Assembly (NCBI GenBank): GCA_003167495.1
Contig: PMSX01000224.1
Location: 20,216-84,215, forward strand
DNA: 64,000 nt
Reading direction: 5' to 3'
DNA from: Bryobacterales bacterium
GTDB taxonomy: Bacteria; Acidobacteriota; Terriglobia; Bryobacterales; Bryobacteraceae
The position numbers and the translations under genes are program-made. The notes under the pieces were generated by a model. That model ran no database searches. It was given only the letters and a program-made list of their open reading frames with translations, and was not told the origin of the DNA. This document shows positions 8,582-18,404 of this stretch, one piece after another. Position 1 is the stretch's first letter. Every line of letters starts with the position of its first letter.

Positions 8582-10662
8582 CAGTGTGCAGGCAGGGCGA
8601 AGGCGACAATGCTGCCACCTGATTTAGCTTCGTTCTTTCCGCCGCCGCAAACAATGACGACGTACTCGCGGCCACCGACTTCATAGATAGAGGGCGTGGC
8701 GTTGCCGCCCGCTGGAAGCTTTCCTTCCCACAATAGTCGACCGGTCGACTCGTCGTATGCGTGAAATTTATTATCGAAGCTGGTAGCTCCAATGAACAGA
8801 ACGCCACTTCCAGTTACTACCGGGCCGCCATAGTTGTCGCTTCCGGTGTTTGTCATGCCCTTAGCGGCGAGTTCCGGATACTCGCCAAATGGAATCTTCC
8901 AGCGGATCTCACCCTTGTTCAGATCAATAGCGTTCAAAGTTCCCCAGGGAGGCTTGATAGGCGGATAGTTTTCCGGATCGCGGAATAAGATGTAACCCTC
9001 GTTTCGATATTTCTGCCAGTTAGGGTCGGCTTTCGCAGCGGCTTCGTCCACAACTCCAGTGTCTCGGCCAGTCACGAGGAAATCTACAATCTCATCCACA
9101 TTTTTTTCGAGATAGTCAAAGGCCGGCATGCGCCCCGAGCCCTCGCGGACGAGTTTGATAAGGTCATCGCGCGAACGCCGCTTGCCGATATCGACGAGCG
9201 AGGGAAACGTGGGCGGCGCTCCTTCGCGGTTGTCGCCGTGGCAGCTAGCGCAGTTGTTCAGGTAAAGCGATTTCGTTTCGTGATTCACCATGCGAATGAT
9301 CCACGGCTGCTCATTCGAGTTGACAAACAGAAGGCCGCTCTGTGGGTCGAACGCTGCGCCGCCCCATTCCGCTCCACCGTCTGTGCCAGGCATCAACACG
9401 GTTCCTCGAAGACTGGGCGGAGTGAAAATGCCGTTGGAGTCCAGCGTTCTCAACCTGGCCAGAACGGCCGCATGCGTCACCGGTGTTCGATCAGTCACCA
9501 TATCTTCGGTGAATGTTTGCCGCGTGAGTGGCGGCGGCTTCACGGGATAAGGTTGCAATTCCGAGAGCTTCTCACCCTCCAGAGCCGATTGCGGAGCCCT
9601 GCGATATTCGAGCGGGAACAGCGGCTTGCCGGTTCTCCGGTCCAGGATGAAGACGTAACCCGTCTTGGCGATTTGCGCCACCGCCTCTATCTTGCGACCG
9701 TTCTGAGTGACAGTCACAAGAGTGGGCGCGGCGGGGAAGTCCAGATCCCAGACATCGTGCCTGACACCCTGGAAATGCCAGATGCGCTTACCCGTCTTAG
9801 CATTTAACGCCAGGACGCAATCCGCGAAAAGATTGTTGCCGATGCGATTTGAACCGTAAAAGTCGAACGACGCCGAGCCAGTCGCCGCGAACACGATGCC
9901 GAGCTTTGGATCGATGGTGAGTCCCGCCCATGCATTGGCGCCTCCCGAAATCTTGTATGAGTCTTTCGACCACGTGTCATACCCGAACTCACCTGGATAG
10001 GGAATGGTGTGGAAGATCCAGCGCATTTTGCCGGTATTGACGTCGAACGCTCGAATATGACCAGGAGTGCCGGGTAACGTTTCCGGCACAGTGCTGCCTA
10101 GAATGATCATGTCCTCATAAATCACGCCTGGACTGCTGGCGCTCACCGTCATCTTTTCCGGTGGTCTTCCCAAGCCCTCACGCAGATCAATCCACCCATT
10201 CTTGCCGAAAGTCGTCATAGGTTTGCCCGTGGCTCGGTCTAGTGCCCAAAGGTAATTTCGATAGGTGAAGAAAACGCGATCGCGATAGACGGTAACACCA
10301 CGATGCCGGTAGCGCCGCCTAGGCTCGCTTGGCTGGCTGGGGTTGAAACTCCAAAGCTCGCGCCCAGTGCCGGCATCGAGTGCAATCACTCGCATCTTGG
10401 GTGTAGTTGCGTACAACTTGCCATCGATAATGATGGGGTTGCTCTGCATTTCGGAACCCTGAAAGGCGTCGCCGGAATCATAGGTCCATGCCACTTCTAA
10501 CTGTTTCACGTTCTCCCGATTGATCTGTGTCATTGGCGAATAGCGGATGTTTCCAGGGCCTCCGTTAACCGGCCAGTCAATGTTCCCGGCTTGGTCTGCT
10601 CCCCAAGCAAGAGAGGCGAACAACAGACAACCCACAAGTTTCGATGAGTTCATGGAGTCCAC
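8581..10662 (-). CDS. PQQ-dependent dehydrogenase-like beta-propeller with an internal c-type cytochrome module
   Basis: 693-aa ORF with a signal peptide and repeated PQQ-propeller-like W/G motifs. A CASCH heme-binding site and a ..GRMPAF Met-ligand motif lie about 225 aa before the C-terminus, and more propeller sequence follows them. Confidence 0.75.
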   Translation of the reverse strand: MDSMNSSKLVGCLLFASLAWGADQAGNIDWPVNGGPGNIRYSPMTQINRENVKQLEVAWTYDSGDAFQGSEMQSNPIIIDGKLYATTPKMRVIALDAGTGRELWSFNPSQPSEPRRRYRHRGVTVYRDRVFFTYRNYLWALDRATGKPMTTFGKNGWIDLREGLGRPPEKMTVSASSPGVIYEDMIILGSTVPETLPGTPGHIRAFDVNTGKMRWIFHTIPYPGEFGYDTWSKDSYKISGGANAWAGLTIDPKLGIVFAATGSASFDFYGSNRIGNNLFADCVLALNAKTGKRIWHFQGVRHDVWDLDFPAAPTLVTVTQNGRKIEAVAQIAKTGYVFILDRRTGKPLFPLEYRRAPQSALEGEKLSELQPYPVKPPPLTRQTFTEDMVTDRTPVTHAAVLARLRTLDSNGIFTPPSLRGTVLMPGTDGGAEWGGAAFDPQSGLLFVNSNEQPWIIRMVNHETKSLYLNNCASCHGDNREGAPPTFPSLVDIGKRRSRDDLIKLVREGSGRMPAFDYLEKNVDEIVDFLVTGRDTGVVDEAAAKADPNWQKYRNEGYILFRDPENYPPIKPPWGTLNAIDLNKGEIRWKIPFGEYPELAAKGMTNTGSDNYGGPVVTGSGVLFIGATSFDNKFHAYDESTGRLLWEGKLPAGGNATPSIYEVGGREYVVIVCGGGKNEAKSGGSIVAFALPAH

Positions 10663-10851
10663 AGTTTAGCTCAGATGTTTCGGTGCAAGACTCCGACGCG
10701 AAAGGGGACGGCCGCCGGTGAACGCGTCAGAAGTTTTGTTGTTGCGTGCTTTCTCATGCCCATGGTGAGTTCGTTCGTTGTTGGCCAAAAAGCCGGGTTT
10801 ACGAACATGGTCGTTGTGCTGCATATTGCGCGTCTGTGATGTGACATCGGG

Positions 10852-11781
10852 CTACGCGGCGGCTGCGGCTGTACCCCTGCAGAAATCTTTTTGGAGGCCG
10901 TGTTTGGCCAGTTCGGCATTGTATTGCGCTTCGAAGCCAGGGTCTTCCGAGGCGGCTTTGCGGTTTTGGTGGACGTTTTGGCCGATGCGGAAGCAAGTTT
11001 CGGCGTCTTTTTTCAGAACCTCCCAATAGTGCGTTTGTTTTTTCATTTCGTGACGCTCGTTTTTGATGCGGAGTTCCTCTTGGCTGTGAGTTTGCGCTTC
11101 AAAGCCATTGTCGTTCTTGCGTCTTTCGGCTCTTAGCTTTACGAGGTCGTTGAGTGATTTGTGGAAAGCGCGGGTGTGGGTGGTTTGGTAACGCAGGTAG
11201 AGGGAGAACATCTTCGCGTCAGTGATTTGCCCGGTTTGCAGGTCGAAGCACGAGTTTTGGATGCTTCCGGCTCTATTTGCCAGCCAATGAGACTCCGCCA
11301 TGGTGCTTACTAATATGGATTCGGTTTCGGTGGTGGGTTGGTGTTCCGCAGCCAGAGAGGCTTTTAACGCTTCGAAGCCATTGGGGTCCTCGGTTGATAA
11401 GAGGAGGAAGACGCCGTTGTGGCGAGCGAGGCCGTGGGAGGTGCGGTTTTGGGAGGAGATGGCGCGACCCGCGGCTGTGACAGGTCCGGTGGAGAGTTCG
11501 GCGTTGGCTCGGTTGGCGGCGAGTTGGGCCGGGGAGATGGAGGAGAGCGAGGGGAAGGGAAGGCCGGGTTCGGGGATTCCGGCGACGGTGACCGGCGTGG
11601 CAGCAGCGGTGGGCGCGGGGGCGGTTGGTGGGGTGGCGGAGATGTGCTCGGCTCGCTCACTGGTACAGGTAGAGGCAGCTGCGCCAACTTGCTCGGCGTT
11701 CTCCGGTTGGGTGGTGAGACCGGCTTTGCGCGCGAGTTTCCGTTCTTTGTGCGCGGAGGCGCGGCGTTCTTTGCGATTCAT
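10852..11781 (-). CDS. uncharacterised protein, copy A of a two-member paralogue family in this window
   Basis: I prefer ATG 11781 (RBS aaagga; MNRKERRASAHKERK) over the track's TTG start at 11865. The N-terminus matches the start of copy B (MDRTERRAAARQ). Core motifs are AQLAANRANAELSTGP..SSQNRTSHGLARHNG plus three GFEA motifs. I recognise no known domain. Confidence 0.7.
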   Translation of the reverse strand: MNRKERRASAHKERKLARKAGLTTQPENAEQVGAAASTCTSERAEHISATPPTAPAPTAAATPVTVAGIPEPGLPFPSLSSISPAQLAANRANAELSTGPVTAAGRAISSQNRTSHGLARHNGVFLLLSTEDPNGFEALKASLAAEHQPTTETESILVSTMAESHWLANRAGSIQNSCFDLQTGQITDAKMFSLYLRYQTTHTRAFHKSLNDLVKLRAERRKNDNGFEAQTHSQEELRIKNERHEMKKQTHYWEVLKKDAETCFRIGQNVHQNRKAASEDPGFEAQYNAELAKHGLQKDFCRGTAAAAA

Positions 11782-12942
11782 TATTGATAGTCCTTTCGGT
11801 TGCTTAGAGCCGTAAATAGAAAGCGCGGCGGCGAGTGAAGGATCGCGCCACGGATCTGCGTTCAAAATAGCGTGGGTTGGGAGATGCGCAGAACGCAGTG
11901 TGGGTTTTATAGGCGGCGGAGGGCGGTAAGTGGATGAGAGGATTGGAGATAGAAGTTTGGGATTATTTCGCCGGTTTGTGACTGACTTTTGGGGGCCTTT
12001 TGTAGAGGGCGTGGTGAGATCGGAGAATGATCTGATTCGAGGGCGAGAACAGTGGAATGGCGAACCCCGGCGGCCATACAGAGGATCTTCTTCCCATAGG
12101 GCTCTTCTGTCGCGGATGAGGGATTTCTGTTGCGAAGGAATAAGTACGCTAATCGGAACTCGGGCTGTTACTGCTTTCCAGAAGAACCCGCGGTTGAATC
12201 GGAGACAAAAGCCAGCGGCTGATCATCCCGCGCTGGATGGTTGGGGGAGACAGACTCACGGGACCCCGAAAATACGTTGCCGCTTCTTCGCAGTCGCGGC
12301 TAGAGGTTTTCGTGTGAATAGAGGGCGAGTTACTGGAGAGAGGAAACGCTGCCGGGTGGCAGCTGGGAGCGCCCAGCGAGTCTCGTTTGAAGTTTATTTC
12401 GGCTCCACTTTACTGGGAGAGATCGACTGCTATCGGAGAACCTTCATCCGACGCAGTTAGCTCATGGACCGGAACTGAAATCGGCCTGTTTGTTTTCAAC
12501 TCGCTGAAGCTGACGTTGACCCGCTAGCTTGACGCGGCTCATGGCGGGCAGACTTCTCAGTGTCCGAGCAACGTCACTTTCGGCCACAACCCGTTCTATC
12601 ATCCCGGATGTGCTCGCGAATGTGTTAGCGATCCTTTGAAAACGTAGAAATTTGAACTTTGGCCCGCACAGCAACATCATCTGCGCCGCAGGCGATCATG
12701 CGTCCGATCATCTGCACCGTCGGTTGGTGCCGACAGCTTCACTTCAACTCCTTGGAGGGTGTCCGGGTTTTCATAATCTTGGACCTTAAAGCGGTTTCCG
12801 AGGCCTTCGAGGCGGGCCAACTTCCAACTAGCCGACCCGCTGGACGCGATTAGTAAACCCTGCGCCGTTACACACGACTTTCGCAGCGACTAAGTTTTAA
12901 AGTTCCGCCGGCAACCTACTTGAGAACGAGTTGAACCAGGTC

Positions 12943-15104
12943 CTAATTACCTTTTGTCTCCGTCGTGTAAGCGAGACGACTTCCGTCTGGCGTGACAGCT
13001 AGATCTCCGGAGTAGGGGCGGGAACGGGAGCAATATCCGAGGAGTTTTTCGTGGCAAAGGAATAAAAACTAAACGCTCGAGGTAGCCCGCCAGGCGAATA
13101 GCTTACATAGTAAATGCCATCATCGACGGGCTGAAACTTGCCGTTTGGCGGAAGATAGTCCGGCACGATTCGAACCTCGGGATTTCTTAATAGATCACCT
13201 CGTAGACTGCGGGCATAAATCCCAAGCTGGTCTGACTTTGCGTATAGCAGCAAATTCTGCTTTGGACTCTCGACAGCGTACAAACCAGCCCAAAGAAACT
13301 GTGCAGAGCCCGCTGCTAAAGAAAGGCGATACAGGAGAGCTGTTCCGTGAGGTTCCAGCATATACAGGGTCTTGCCGTCTTGCGAAAATGAAGGTTGCGC
13401 GAACCCGCGGCTTCCATTGGTGAGTTGTTTGGTAAACCCGTCTCGCAGGCGAACGGTAAAGATTTGAGCCTTATCAGGTATTCGCGCATGGAATGCGAGA
13501 AGCGTTCCATCTGGAGACCACGAGGGAGGACCCACAAGAACCGCGTTGAGGTGAGTCACTTGGCGCAGATTGTTCCCATACGCGTCTGCCACCCAAATCT
13601 GCCATCCGCCGCCCCGGTTGCTTTTAAAAGCTATACTCCGCCATCGGGAGAAAAACGAGGAGATTCCTCTTCGGCGGTGGACGGGGCAAAGCGTGTCGCA
13701 GCCTCCGCGGGATTTAGACCCTTGAGCGGTTGGACCCATAGGTCGGTATCATCCGTGTGACTCGAAGCCACCAGCGTTTGTTCTGAAGCACTAAAGGTCA
13801 ACCCTTCCAAAGTTGCTTCGGTGGCATACACAAGCCGCGCTGGATGACCGATTTCAGCCTGCACCACTCTATGCCCATAGCTATCGAGGAAAAGAACCCT
13901 GTTGCTATCCGGTAGCCAAATCGGAGCTGTCGCATTGGCTATGGTGTCGCTGACAGCGACAGGCTCGCCCTCCGTATGAAGGTCGTCGGTAATCCGCTGA
14001 AACCATAACTTACTGCTCCACGGCCCTCCGTAGAAACGCGCGAACACCAGCCAACGTCCATTTGGCGAAAACGCGGGCGCTGCGTCGTCATCGCCGTCGT
14101 TGGTGCCTGCCGTAGTAAGCAGCGGCCTCGTGGCGCCCGACCCGGTGGATAGCAAAAACAACCTGTGATGGCTGTCTGCGAACTCCCTGCTTGTGAAGCA
14201 TAGCCACTTCCCATCCGACGTCCACGACATCAATCTTCCTGCGCCTTTAACGGCAAAGCCAATGTTGATTGGGTGCAAACTCCGCTCTGGCCCACTGATT
14301 GAGGGAATCAGCATGATGTCGCCTTCGGCTTGGGTTCTACGTCGCATAAATGCAATGTATTTACCATCAGGCGACCATATGGGAAAGGCATCGTCGGCCT
14401 GGGCGGAAGTAAGACGCATGGAATTCGATTCGCCCAGCAGCTTGATATAGATGTGCCCGTGGCCATCTCCGCCATCCCACGAAAAAGCCACTTGGTGGCC
14501 GTCGGGAGAAAGCGAAGGTTCCCGTTCGTCGCCGGGGTAAGAGGTCACCGGCGAAACGCGCGTCACCCCGACAAGCTGCGCCGGTCTCTTTAACCACAGC
14601 ACAACGCCGACCACCACCAGGGCGGCCAGTGCAATTGCCGCCACCAGCCAGCGCGAAATGCCAGGCTTAACAGAAGCGACCTCGATAGGCGTTCTGTTGA
14701 GGTCCGCTGGAGCCTCGGGCAAATCAGTTTGATCCTTGGGTAGATCGCCGGATGCAACGGTGCCATTGAGCGCCGCAACAAAACGATACCCTTAGCGAGG
14801 CACGGTTTCGATGTACCGGGGATGGGGTTGCCTCGTCCAGCAAAACTCCGCGTATCTGCCGGATGCAAAAGTTGATGTTCGGCTCGACGTCAATATATAC
14901 GTTTTCGCCCCACACCCGCCGCCGTATCTCGTCCCGCGAAACAACTGCCGGTGCCCGTTCGACAAGCAACGCTAAAACTTGCCATGGCTGTTTTTGAAGC
15001 TTGAGACGAACCCCTCTCCTCGAAAGCGTTTGCCGAGCGAAGTCAAGTTCAAAATCGCCAAAAGAGCAAGTCCCGTCGCGTTTGGATGCTGCTCCGCCAG
15101 TCAT
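12943..15104 (-). pseudogene. decayed CadC/OmpR-type winged-helix regulator fused to a TM segment and a TolB-like beta-propeller
   Basis: Three consecutive ORFs (14724..15104, 13631..14722, 12999..13739) plus a tail read as one protein. The sequence ..FGDFELDFARQTL..CIRQIRGVLLDEA shifts frame to PRYIETVPR*GYRFVAALNG, which contains an in-frame TAA. SPRFSPDG shifts to RSIAFKSNRGGGWQIWVADAYG near 13640. After the stop at 12999, the sequence GDLAVTPDGSRLAYTTETKGN* continues in another frame. Confidence 0.7.
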
Positions 15105-15253
15105 TTAGCAGATAGTTTACCGCTTCTTGATGCGCGGGGTCCGGGATTAACTGGCTTCCCTTCAATATTTTAGATCCTCATGTCCATCTGAGGAATAACT
15201 TCTGCTCAAACTCATTCTCTTCCGCCGCAACTCATGGCAAAGTCAGCCTCAAG

Positions 15254-16234
15254 ATGAAAAAGTTTATTGGACTTCTTTTGTTCGGCCTTCAGATTTGCAC
15301 ACTGCAGGCCGCGCCGCAAAGTTGGATTGAGTGGGTATCGGAAGGTAAGGCGTCCGTGGCGGTCGGGAACTACAAGGCGGGCCTTGACGCATTTCATAAA
15401 GCATTGGCGAACGGTGAAAGCTCAAAGATACCGGCTAGGCAATTAGTGGAAATTACAGTTTCTCTGGCGGCCGCGTACTCCGAGTTGGGGTTGTACGCCG
15501 ATTCGGAAGGGGCCTGGCGCAAAGCCCTCGCAATGGTAGAGAACACCGAGGGGACAGCCTCGCTTGATTATGCGGTGGTGCTTGCTAATATGCTGACTCT
15601 CCCCATCCAAACCACGCGCAACGAAAAGGACATTCAAACGCTTCGCCGGGCGATCGTCACGCCTCGTAAAACCGACTCGCCAACAGATTTGGCGATGGTG
15701 CGTGCGTGTTTGGCGAACCTTCTGATGAGACAGCTTAAGTATGGCGAAGCGGAGACCTTGCTGCTGGATTCGCTAGCAGATTTTGACCGCCTCAAAGAAA
15801 GTGAGCCGCAACTGGTGGCAACAGTTCTCGACCTGCTTGGGAAAATCCGCTACGAGCAAGGTCGCTTTGCCGAAGCGCTTCAATTGCACAGCCGATCGCT
15901 CAACATTCTGGAGTCCACCCTCGGCGCCCAACACCCCAGTTTGATTGTCACTCTTAACGACTTGGCCAGCGCTATGGTCAAAGCGAACCGCAGCGAAGAA
16001 GCCGCCGCACTTTATCAACGCGCAATACTCCTTTGCGCCAAAACTCTAGGTCTGGATCATCCAGAGTATGGAGTTGTTCTCGAAAACTACTCGTTCGTAC
16101 TGAAGAAATTAGGCCGCAAGCATGAGGGCAAAGAACTGGCCGCCCGCGCTAAACAAATTCTCTCAGCCTCCGACCGCCGCAACGGAATTGGCGCAGTTGT
16201 TTCGGTCTCCGCCCTGCGCGCTGACAAGAAGTAG
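15254..16234 (+). CDS. exported tetratricopeptide-repeat (TPR_10/12-like) protein
   Basis: 326-aa ORF with signal peptide MKKFIGLLLFGLQICTLQA. It has repeated ~42-aa A/L/Y-rich helical units (..LAAAYSELGLYADSEGAWRKALAM.., ..LGKIRYEQGRFAEALQLHSRSLNI..). Confidence 0.75.
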   Translation: MKKFIGLLLFGLQICTLQAAPQSWIEWVSEGKASVAVGNYKAGLDAFHKALANGESSKIPARQLVEITVSLAAAYSELGLYADSEGAWRKALAMVENTEGTASLDYAVVLANMLTLPIQTTRNEKDIQTLRRAIVTPRKTDSPTDLAMVRACLANLLMRQLKYGEAETLLLDSLADFDRLKESEPQLVATVLDLLGKIRYEQGRFAEALQLHSRSLNILESTLGAQHPSLIVTLNDLASAMVKANRSEEAAALYQRAILLCAKTLGLDHPEYGVVLENYSFVLKKLGRKHEGKELAARAKQILSASDRRNGIGAVVSVSALRADKK

Positions 16235-16269
16235 TTACCGATTTTTCAAAAGGAAGGAAAGAAAGGAAA

Positions 16270-16990
16270 GTGAAATTCACTCAAATCAAAACTTCGTTAC
16301 CCATCAGGACACTGGTGCTGACTTTCGGTAGTTTGGTCGTCACTGCCAGTGCTGAGACGCCAATCGACGCTTCTATACTTACGCCCTATGTTACCGGCCT
16401 TCAGGGGCCCGCGGTTTGACATTCGGACAGGACGGTAGCTTATATGTTGCCGAAGGAGGCACCGGAGGAACAAACTCGACCGGCGCGATCTGCGTTCAGG
16501 TCCCCGCGCCCGCCGGTCCTTATACGGGCGGAGCAACAGCGCGGATCTCGCGCATCGACAGCAAGGGTAATCGCACGACGCTGGCAGGCGGCGGATGTTC
16601 GCACGGCAATCCCACGCTTCCCAACGGTATTGTGGGAGTGGATACACACACTGGCGCCTGGAAGTATGTCACCGATCTCAGCGTCTTCAACGCGGAGCAC
16701 CGGCGGCCTATACCGATAGCGGCGATTTCGAAGCGGACGGCCAACCTTACAGCATGATCGCTTTCCACGGCGATCTCTGGTCGGCCCTATTTTGTTTCGG
16801 CAGCAGAACGGAACCGTGTGGGCCGCAAGCATTGATTTGCTGCGGTTCAAGGGGCAGAAGGCCACTACCGTTTTGTCCTTGGGCGACTCGACAACATGGA
16901 AAGGCGACGAGCGCGCCTTGCCTCGTTCGAGCTTCATCTCCCGATTCTTGAGAGTCGGGCCGGATGACTCCCTGCTTTCGCTGACATCGC
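16270..16990 (+). pseudogene. decayed ScyD/ScyE-family (NHL-like beta-propeller) gene
   Basis: GTG 16270 gives the signal-like VKFTQIKTSLPIRTLVLTFGSLVVTASA...LQGP. A frame change then leads to RGLTFGQDGSLYVAEGGTGGTNSTGAICVQVPAPAGPYTGGATARISRIDSKGNRTT. Further family-like pieces (..YTDSGDFEADGQPYSMIAFHGDLW.. and ..FRQQNGTVWAASIDLLRF..) sit in two other frames. The total length is too short for the family. Confidence 0.5.
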
Positions 16991-17080
16991 TTGTCCTGGA
17001 CACACGTTTGGGTTAGACTGTCTGAAACCGGACCGGCAAAAGCAGATTCCCGGCTATTTAGAGACTTTGGGGTGAAACTG

Positions 17081-18382
17081 ATGTTCGCTTGTGGACGCTT
17101 CAGAAGTGTGATACTGGCGTGCGGTCTCATGCCAGTTGTGAGTTGGTTCGCCCCTGGCCGAGAAACGGGCGCGAACCAGATTGTCGTGCTGCACGCGTCG
17201 CGTGTGTTGGATGTGGCGACAGGAAGAATAACCGCGCCGGGCGAGGTTCTGGTTCAAGGTGAGCGTATTGTGAGTGTCGGGAGTTCCGTGGCGCATCCTG
17301 CCGGAGCCGAATACATCGATCTGGGAGATCGCACTCTCCTCCCTGGCCTGATTGACGCTCATGTGCACCTTTTTCTTCATCCCGGAGACGAGGCCGATCA
17401 ATCGGTGCGTGAATCCGTGCCGCAGCGAACCATCTCCGCTGTGTTGGCGGCTAAAGCGGATCTGGTGGCGGGCTTCACTGCCGAGCGCGACATGGGGACA
17501 GAGGGCGCCGGTTCCGCCGACACGGCCGTCCGCAATGCCATCAATGCCGGCCTGGTGCCAGGCCCTCGCCTGCGCATCAGTGGCAACGCGGTGGACATTG
17601 TCGGTGGTCACGAGGACTTCACTAAAGATTTGGGTCCGCAGCAACAGATTCTGCCGAACGCGACATGGGCCAACAACGCCTCCGAGTTGGTAACCGTCAT
17701 TCGCCAACAATTTAAGGAAGGTGCGGACTTCATCAAGATCTATGAGACAGGCGCCGATTCGATTGTCGACGGGAAATTTTCGACCCCCTTTCAGTTCACC
17801 GAAGAAGAGATGCGTGTTGCCGTTCAGGAAGCTGCCCGCGTCCACAGACAGGTTGCAGTGCACGCAACAGGCGAACCCGGCACCCTCTATGCGGCCCGCG
17901 CCGGTGTGGCGAGCATCGATCATGCCGACCAACTGAGCGATGAGACGATGCGCATCATGCGCGAGAAGCGAATCTTTGCTGTGCCAACGTTTGCGATCTC
18001 GGAGTATTTCGCGGATCATACGCAAGGCAACGATCGCGCGAAACGTGGGCTAGAATTTCACGCTCTGGAATTCCGCCGGCAACTGGAAGCGGGCGTGCCG
18101 ATTGCGAGCGGCTCCGATGTTGGCCCGTTTCCGCACGGGACTCAGGCGCGCGAGTTCGAACTGCTGGTGAAGTACGGCATGACGCCGCTGGCGGCCATTC
18201 AAGCAGGCACAATGAATGCCGCCGAGCTGCTGCGCTGGTCAGAGCAGATCGGCCAATTAAAGGCGGGTTTTCTTGCTGACATTGTCGCGGTGCCAGGCAA
18301 CCCTTTGACCGATATCAGCGAACTAACAAAGGTGGCCTTTGTGATGAAGGGCGGAGTCATTTACCGGCGGCCAAAAACCTAG
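17081..18382 (+). CDS. exported amidohydrolase-family metallohydrolase (COG1228/prolidase-imidazolonepropionase-like)
   Basis: ATG 17081 follows ggggtga and gives a signal-like N-terminus. The metal motif is LIDAHVHLF. The C-terminal part reads ..ASGSDVGPFPHG.. and ..GFLADIVAVPGNPLTDI... Confidence 0.85.
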   Translation: MFACGRFRSVILACGLMPVVSWFAPGRETGANQIVVLHASRVLDVATGRITAPGEVLVQGERIVSVGSSVAHPAGAEYIDLGDRTLLPGLIDAHVHLFLHPGDEADQSVRESVPQRTISAVLAAKADLVAGFTAERDMGTEGAGSADTAVRNAINAGLVPGPRLRISGNAVDIVGGHEDFTKDLGPQQQILPNATWANNASELVTVIRQQFKEGADFIKIYETGADSIVDGKFSTPFQFTEEEMRVAVQEAARVHRQVAVHATGEPGTLYAARAGVASIDHADQLSDETMRIMREKRIFAVPTFAISEYFADHTQGNDRAKRGLEFHALEFRRQLEAGVPIASGSDVGPFPHGTQAREFELLVKYGMTPLAAIQAGTMNAAELLRWSEQIGQLKAGFLADIVAVPGNPLTDISELTKVAFVMKGGVIYRRPKT

Positions 18383-18404
18383 CGTTTCAGCTACAATCGA
18401 CAAA

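Noticed and set aside
11930-12460. 176-aa ORF in the gene-free stretch
   Set aside because: It has an Arg/Gly/Phe/Cys-rich arbitrary sequence, no RBS and no recognisable motif. The first part overlaps the conserved non-coding leader of paralogue A on the opposite strand.
12462-12853. 72-aa and 64-aa ORFs considered as a small toxin-antitoxin-like pair
   Set aside because: They are on opposite strands and overlap tail-to-head. Neither matches a TA family I recognise. The more protein-like fragments here are split across frames, so I treat the region as relic sequence.
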